From the NCBI GenBank assembly GCA_025451295.1, contig JANWKQ010000168.1:911-64910 (forward strand): DNA of 64,000 nucleotides, written 5' to 3'. Of the stretch, positions 59,222-64,000 are shown in pieces (position 1 is the stretch's first letter; the number at the start of each line of letters is the position of its first letter). The notes below the pieces were generated by a model. It did not search any database and had not been told where the DNA came from. It saw nothing but the letters and a program-made list of their open reading frames with translations. The position numbers and the translations under genes were made by a program. Source of the DNA: Flavobacteriales bacterium. Lineage in GTDB: Bacteria; Bacteroidota; Bacteroidia; CAIKAF01.

Positions 59222-59692
59222 ATGAAGAACATCGAACTAAAGCTGGTTTTTTCGGAATATGAACTGTCTGAACTTTCTGATGATGATAAAAATCTCTATG
59301 CCAGAGCCATGGATGCTGCGAAGGCCGCTTATGCTCCTTATTCTGGGTTTAGCGTTGGAGCCGCCTGTTTGTTGGATAATGGTGAAATTTTTACCGCCAA
59401 TAACCAGGAAAATGCAGCCTATCCCTCTGGTTTGTGTGCCGAGAGAACATTGTTATTTTTCGTAGGGGCTAACCGGCCCGATCAAACAATTGTAAAACTC
59501 ATGGTGGTGATCAAATCAAAGCTGAAAGATGCTAAAAAAGTTTATTCACCTTGTGGAGCTTGCCGTCAGGTAATGGCTGAATATCAAAACCGCCAGAGTC
59601 ATCCCATTCAACTGATATTTGAATCAGGAGAGAACAAGGTGCTTGTATGCAACAAAGTCGATGATCTGCTACCCTATATTTTCCGATTTTAA
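59222..59692 (+). CDS. cdd: Cytidine deaminase
   Basis: AYAPYSGFSVGA, NQENAAYPSGLCAER, SPCGACRQ. Confidence 0.94.
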   Translation: MKNIELKLVFSEYELSELSDDDKNLYARAMDAAKAAYAPYSGFSVGAACLLDNGEIFTANNQENAAYPSGLCAERTLLFFVGANRPDQTIVKLMVVIKSKLKDAKKVYSPCGACRQVMAEYQNRQSHPIQLIFESGENKVLVCNKVDDLLPYIFRF

Positions 59693-59721
59693 ACAGGGCC
59701 TTTAAGACCCAACCAGGAAGA

Positions 59722-59796
59722 AGCGGCCCGAAACCGGAGGCGCCTGCAAGGCGGCCCGAAGGGCGGCACCCGGAGGGTGAGGAAAGGCCGCCCAAA
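59722..59796 (+). other. GC-rich multibranch hairpin element (copy G; ends resemble copy B)
   Basis: GCGGCC...GGCCGC closing stem around hairpins CGCC/GGCG, GCCC/GGGC and CACCC/GGGTG. Confidence 0.5.
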
Positions 59797-59851
59797 TACG
59801 CTGTAAATCTCCAAGTATTATTATACCTTTGTTACCTATTATACTGGTTAT

Positions 59852-60880
59852 ATGGCTAAAGAAACATTGGCTCCTGCAGTAAAATCGAAAACCTAATTTT
59901 CGAAAGAACAATACCTTAAATGGTATGAGGATATGCTCATGTGGAGAAAAATTGAAGAGAAAGCAGGGCATTTATATATTCAACAAAAAATTCGTGGATT
60001 TTGTCATCTCTATGTTGGACAGGAAGCAGTAGTTGCTGGATCAGCCTCAGCTATTCGTCCTGATGATAATATGATTACGGGTTATAGAAATCACGTTCAT
60101 CCATTGTCAAAAGGGATGCATCCGAAATACATGATGGCTGAATTATTTGGAAAATCAACAGGGTGTTCCAAAGGGAATGGTGGTTCGATGCACATGTTCA
60201 GCAAGGAATTAAGATTTTTTGGAGGACATGGTATTGTAGGTGGACAAATTCCGCTGGGTGCAGGTCTTGCATTCGGAGATAAATTTGCAGGGAACGATCG
60301 CATCACACTTTGTTATATGGGTGATGGTGCTGTAAGACAAGGTGCCTTGCATGAAACATTTAATCTCGCCATGTTGTGGAAACTACCTGTGATATTTATT
60401 ATCGAAAATAATATGTATGCGATGGGAACTTCCGTTGAAAGAAGTTCGAATGTACATGATCTGTATAAGCTGGGAGCTGCTTATGAAATGCCAAGTTTCC
60501 AGGTGGATGGAATGAAACCAGAAACCATGCATGATGCCGTAGTTGAAGCAGCAACGAGAGCCAGAAAAGGAGACGGACCTACTTTATTGGAGGTAAAAAC
60601 ATATCGCTATAAAGGACATTCAATGAGTGATCCTCAAAAATACCGAAGTAAAGAAGAGGTAGAAGATTATAAGGAGGAAGATCCGATCTTATGGACCTTA
60701 AGTGTGATCCAGAAAAATAAATGGGCAACAGAGAAAGAAATTGATGCGATTGAGGAAAGGGTGAATGCATTGGTGGAAGAGAGTGTGAAGTTTGCAGAAG
60801 AATCTCCATTTCCGGATGCATCGGAATTGTACAAACAAGTTTATATTGAAGAAAATTATCCGTTTATACGGGAAGATTAA
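59852..60880 (+). CDS. pdhA: Pyruvate dehydrogenase E1 alpha, with an in-frame TAA at codon 15 (59894-59896)
   Basis: GFCHLYVGQEA, GGSMH, GDGAVRQG, ENN, TYRYKGHSMSDP; upstream in-frame MAKETLAPAVKSKT*FSKEQYLKWYEDM; TACCTTTG promoter box at ~59824. Confidence 0.93.
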
Positions 60881-60902
60881 CCAATAACGAAATTTAGATA
60901 CG

Positions 60903-62147
60903 ATGGCAGAAATCGTTAGAATGCCGAAGCTGAGTGATACAATGACAGAAGGAACTGTCGCAGCCTGGCATAAAAAAGTAGGAGATAAAGTAAAAACCGG
61001 CGATCTGTTAGCCGAAATTGAAACCGACAAGGCCACAATGGAATTTGAAAGTTTCCAGGACGGCGTTTTGCTGTATGTCGGTATTGAAAAAGGTGGCAGT
61101 GCTCCTATTGATTCTATTCTGGCTATTTTAGGGAAAGAAGGCGAAGACTATAAAGCTTTACTTGAAGGAGAAAAATCAAAACCAGCTGCTAACGAGGAAA
61201 AAACGGAAAAGAAGGAAGAAAAGGTGGAAGCATCTTCTTCAGGCAAAACGGAAACTACAACTATTGTAGAAACTGCCATCGCTACTACTGCCATAGCCGC
61301 AACGTCAAATGGCAATGGTCGGATCAAGGCCTCTCCTTTGGCAAAAGCATTGGCAAAAAATAAGGGTGTTAATCTTTCAATGGTAAAAGGAAGTGGTGAC
61401 GGAGGAAGGATCATTAAAAAAGATATTGAGAATTTTAAAGGAGGTGGAAGTGCACTTACTGCCACTGAATCATTTACGGAAGTGGCGGTTTCACAAATGC
61501 GCAAAACCATTGCCCGCCGGTTAACTGAAAGCAAAAATGGTGCACCTCATTTTTACCTTACCATGTCGATCGATATGGACAATGCCATTGCATCGAGAAA
61601 AGCTTATAACGAACTTACCGGGGAAAAGATCTCCTTCAATGATATCGTGATCAAGGCTGTTGCGATGTCGTTAAGAAAAAATCCAAATGTAAATTCTTCA
61701 TGGCTGGGTGATAAGATCAGGTATAATCAGCATATTCATATCGGAGTAGCTGTTGCTATTCCAGATGGTCTCGTGGTTCCGGTTGTGAAATTTGCAGATC
61801 ATAAATCTTTTTCGGAAATATCTACGGAGGTAAGGGCATTGGCTGCTAAAGCCAAGGATAAAAAGATCCAGCCTGCAGATATGGAAGGAAATACGTTTTC
61901 CATATCGAACTTAGGAATGTTCGGTATTGATGAATTTACGGCGATTATTAACCCACCTGATGCCTGCATATTGGCGGTTGGTGGAATCAGTGAGGAACCG
62001 GTGGTAAAGAATGGAGCTGTTGTTCCGGGCAATATCATGAAGGTAACGTTAAGTTGTGATCATCGTGTGGTTGATGGTGCAACCGGTGCAGAATTCTTAC
62101 GTACATTGAAGTTGATGTTAGAAAATCCAGTGTTGATGTTTGTATAA
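60903..62147 (+). CDS. pdhC: Pyruvate dehydrogenase E2 dihydrolipoamide acetyltransferase
   Basis: Lipoyl motif EIETDKATME, E3-binding ASPLAK...GSGDGGRI, catalytic DHRVVDGA. Confidence 0.95.
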   Translation: MAEIVRMPKLSDTMTEGTVAAWHKKVGDKVKTGDLLAEIETDKATMEFESFQDGVLLYVGIEKGGSAPIDSILAILGKEGEDYKALLEGEKSKPAANEEKTEKKEEKVEASSSGKTETTTIVETAIATTAIAATSNGNGRIKASPLAKALAKNKGVNLSMVKGSGDGGRIIKKDIENFKGGGSALTATESFTEVAVSQMRKTIARRLTESKNGAPHFYLTMSIDMDNAIASRKAYNELTGEKISFNDIVIKAVAMSLRKNPNVNSSWLGDKIRYNQHIHIGVAVAIPDGLVVPVVKFADHKSFSEISTEVRALAAKAKDKKIQPADMEGNTFSISNLGMFGIDEFTAIINPPDACILAVGGISEEPVVKNGAVVPGNIMKVTLSCDHRVVDGATGAEFLRTLKLMLENPVLMFV

Positions 62148-62467
62148 TGCAGAACTATGTAGTTTTATTGTTTGATGTAAGTGGGGGAGAGTTTTTGGTA
62201 ATTCTGCTTTTTATTCTCATGTTTTTTGGAAGTAAAAGTATTCCTGATTTGGCCCGTGGGTTAGGAAAAGGATATCGTCAGTTGAAGGATGCCAGCAACA
62301 GCATTAAAAGAGAGATACAGAGCAGCAGTGGAGAAATTGGGTCATTAAAACGACCTTTGGATCAGCATCTGGAAGATATTAATAAAAGTCTGAATGATGT
62401 AGACAAGGATATTAAGAAGGATATGGGAAAACTGGATCAGGATTTAAATGAAGATTTAAATAAGTAA
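62147..62467 (+). CDS. tatA: Sec-independent translocase TatA/TatE family subunit
   Basis: GGEFLVILLFILMFFGSKSIPDLARGLGKG.RQLKDA. Confidence 0.85.
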   Translation: MQNYVVLLFDVSGGEFLVILLFILMFFGSKSIPDLARGLGKGYRQLKDASNSIKREIQSSSGEIGSLKRPLDQHLEDINKSLNDVDKDIKKDMGKLDQDLNEDLNK

Positions 62468-62483
62468 ATTATTGTTGAGTTTT

Positions 62484-62960
62484 ATGAGGAAAACATGGAT
62501 TGTTGTTTTAATTATTTCTGTCTCCAGTTTTTTTGTGGCCTGTGGTGTTAAATCAGCTTTTAAAAATGAGAATAACGCTTTCGGAAACCCCAAATCAGCT
62601 GCTACAAAATATTTGAAATGTCTGTTGAAAAAAGACTATGACAAAGCGAAGACATTGGCTACTAAAGAAACCGCATCTAATCTGGATATGATGAAAGTGC
62701 TGGGAACGGATTTTGGATTGACAGAAGTAAAAGACGTTAAATGTTTTGTAAATGGGAATACTGCTACCTGTACCTTTTGCTGTACCAAGGATACTTCTTT
62801 TAAGGAGCTGAAGATGATCAATGAGGGTGGCAAATGGCTGGCGCACCAACCCAAAGAAATGCCTCCTATAGATACTACGGCTACTGAGGAGTATAATGAT
62901 GAATATAGTACTCCAAAAACCCCGGAGGATATGGAAAAAAGACGTATGCAAAACCGTTAA
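62484..62960 (+). CDS. Cys-rich lipoprotein (DUF4878-like), paralog 1
   Basis: Lipobox VACG; PKSAATKYL..L.KKDYDKAKTLAT; ATCTFCCTKD; EGGKWL. Confidence 0.7.
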   Translation: MRKTWIVVLIISVSSFFVACGVKSAFKNENNAFGNPKSAATKYLKCLLKKDYDKAKTLATKETASNLDMMKVLGTDFGLTEVKDVKCFVNGNTATCTFCCTKDTSFKELKMINEGGKWLAHQPKEMPPIDTTATEEYNDEYSTPKTPEDMEKRRMQNR

Positions 62961-62972
62961 AATAAAAACAGC

Positions 62973-63446
62973 ATGAAAAAAAGACTTTCAATTATTTCCG
63001 TTGGCCTTATCCTGGTTATCTTGGTTGGATGTGGTGTAAAATTCTCCTTCAACAATAATGAGAATTCCTTTGGGAATCCCAAATCGGTAGCTACCAAATA
63101 TCTAACCTGCCTGATGAAGAAAGACTATGATAAAGCCAAAACGTTGGCTACCCCAGAAACTGCTCAAAACCTTAGTATGATGCAATCCATGGGTGCAGAT
63201 TTTGGACTCACAGTGGTGAAGGATGTAAAATGTATTGTAAGCGGAAATGAAGCCACCTGTACTTTTTGCTGTACAAAAGATACTTCGTTTAAAGAACTTA
63301 AAATGAGAAAAGAAGGAGGAAAATGGTTGGCACATCAACCGAAGGAAACGCCGCCTATTGATAACGAAGATAATAATAGCAATACCGATTACCTTACACC
63401 CAAATCGGCCGAGGACATGGAAAAGAATCGCCAGAAAAACCGTTAA
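62973..63446 (+). CDS. Cys-rich lipoprotein (DUF4878-like), paralog 2
   Basis: Lipobox VGCG; core highly similar to paralog 1. Confidence 0.7.
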   Translation: MKKRLSIISVGLILVILVGCGVKFSFNNNENSFGNPKSVATKYLTCLMKKDYDKAKTLATPETAQNLSMMQSMGADFGLTVVKDVKCIVSGNEATCTFCCTKDTSFKELKMRKEGGKWLAHQPKETPPIDNEDNNSNTDYLTPKSAEDMEKNRQKNR

Positions 63447-63457
63447 AATAAAACTGT

Positions 63458-63916
63458 ATGAAAAAAAGACTTTCCATTATTTCGATCAGCCTTATCCTGG
63501 TTGTATTGATTGGATGTGGTATGAAATTCTCATTCAACAATAATGAGAATTCTTTTGGGAATCCCAAATCGGTAGCTACAAAATATTTAACCTACCTGAT
63601 GCAGAAGAATTATGACAAGGCTAAAACGATTGCTACCAAAGAAACAGCAGCCAATCTTGATATGATGAATTCCCTGGGGACCGATTTTGGGATCACGGTG
63701 GTAAAGAATGTGGTTTGCAAAGTAAAAAACGATGAAGCTACCTGTACTTTTTGTTGTACGAAGGATACTTCCTTTAAAGAACTTAAGATGAGAAAAGAGG
63801 GAGGTCAATGGCTTGCACATCAACCCAAAGAAACACCACCCTCAAATGACGATAACAATAATTATTCCACACCGAGATCAGCTGAGGAGATTGAAAGAGG
63901 TCGTCAGAACCGTTAA
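63458..63916 (+). CDS. Cys-rich lipoprotein (DUF4878-like), paralog 3
   Basis: Lipobox IGCG; core highly similar to paralog 2. Confidence 0.7.
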   Translation: MKKRLSIISISLILVVLIGCGMKFSFNNNENSFGNPKSVATKYLTYLMQKNYDKAKTIATKETAANLDMMNSLGTDFGITVVKNVVCKVKNDEATCTFCCTKDTSFKELKMRKEGGQWLAHQPKETPPSNDDNNNYSTPRSAEEIERGRQNR

Positions 63917-64000
63917 GAGAAAAACTACTTTCGTTTGGCCCATTTGATACTTGCTTAAGTGGATCCACTCTTCATTTTAATCTATTGTGCATCAGAATTC

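Noticed and set aside
57172..59896. Genetic-code reassignment of TAA
   Set aside because: TAA clearly terminates many genes in the window (e.g. apaG, rpmF, pdhC, tatA)
62484..63916. CRISPR array or DGR in the repeated region
   Set aside because: The repeats are whole coding paralogs; no repeat-spacer periodicity, cas gene or reverse transcriptase
1197..63968. Many short ORF-track entries antisense to or nested in long genes (e.g. 1197, 10287, 33666, 45381, 61148, 62595)
   Set aside because: Shadow ORFs overlapping confidently identified genes, with no motifs

Overview
AT-rich window from a Bacteroidota genome, judged by gene content and recurrent TAnnTTTG promoter -7 boxes. It is mostly core housekeeping DNA: folK, rlmN, an RNase E/G gene, HU, mutY, serS, gcvP, kynU/kmo, tRNA-Phe followed by coaX-OMP-lptC-CorC-PpiD, dapD, rlmD, yceD-rpmF-plsX-fabH, pdxA, pepA, cdd, pdhA/pdhC and tatA. 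I found no transposase, phage gene or CRISPR array. Main observations: (1) a local LytTR regulon, where a TPR-sensor kinase/REC-LytTR pair sits near three uncharacterised secreted-protein genes, each preceded by the same 9-12-9 direct repeat (YCATTCACC); (2) a dispersed family of structured intergenic elements, probably Flavo-1-like, two of which carry a REP-like palindrome in the loop; (3) single in-frame TAA codons interrupting both pdxA and pdhA; (4) a stand-alone RkpG/WcbT-type alpha-oxoamine synthase plus reductase operon; (5) a candidate ~135-nt sRNA complementary to ATG-AAA-AAA start regions; (6) two small secreted peptides, one His/Cys-rich, each behind a sigma54-like promoter; (7) a 30-aa bS22/COX24-type ORF missed by the ORF track; (8) a triplicated Cys-rich lipoprotein. 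All family assignments come from motif recognition, not database searches.
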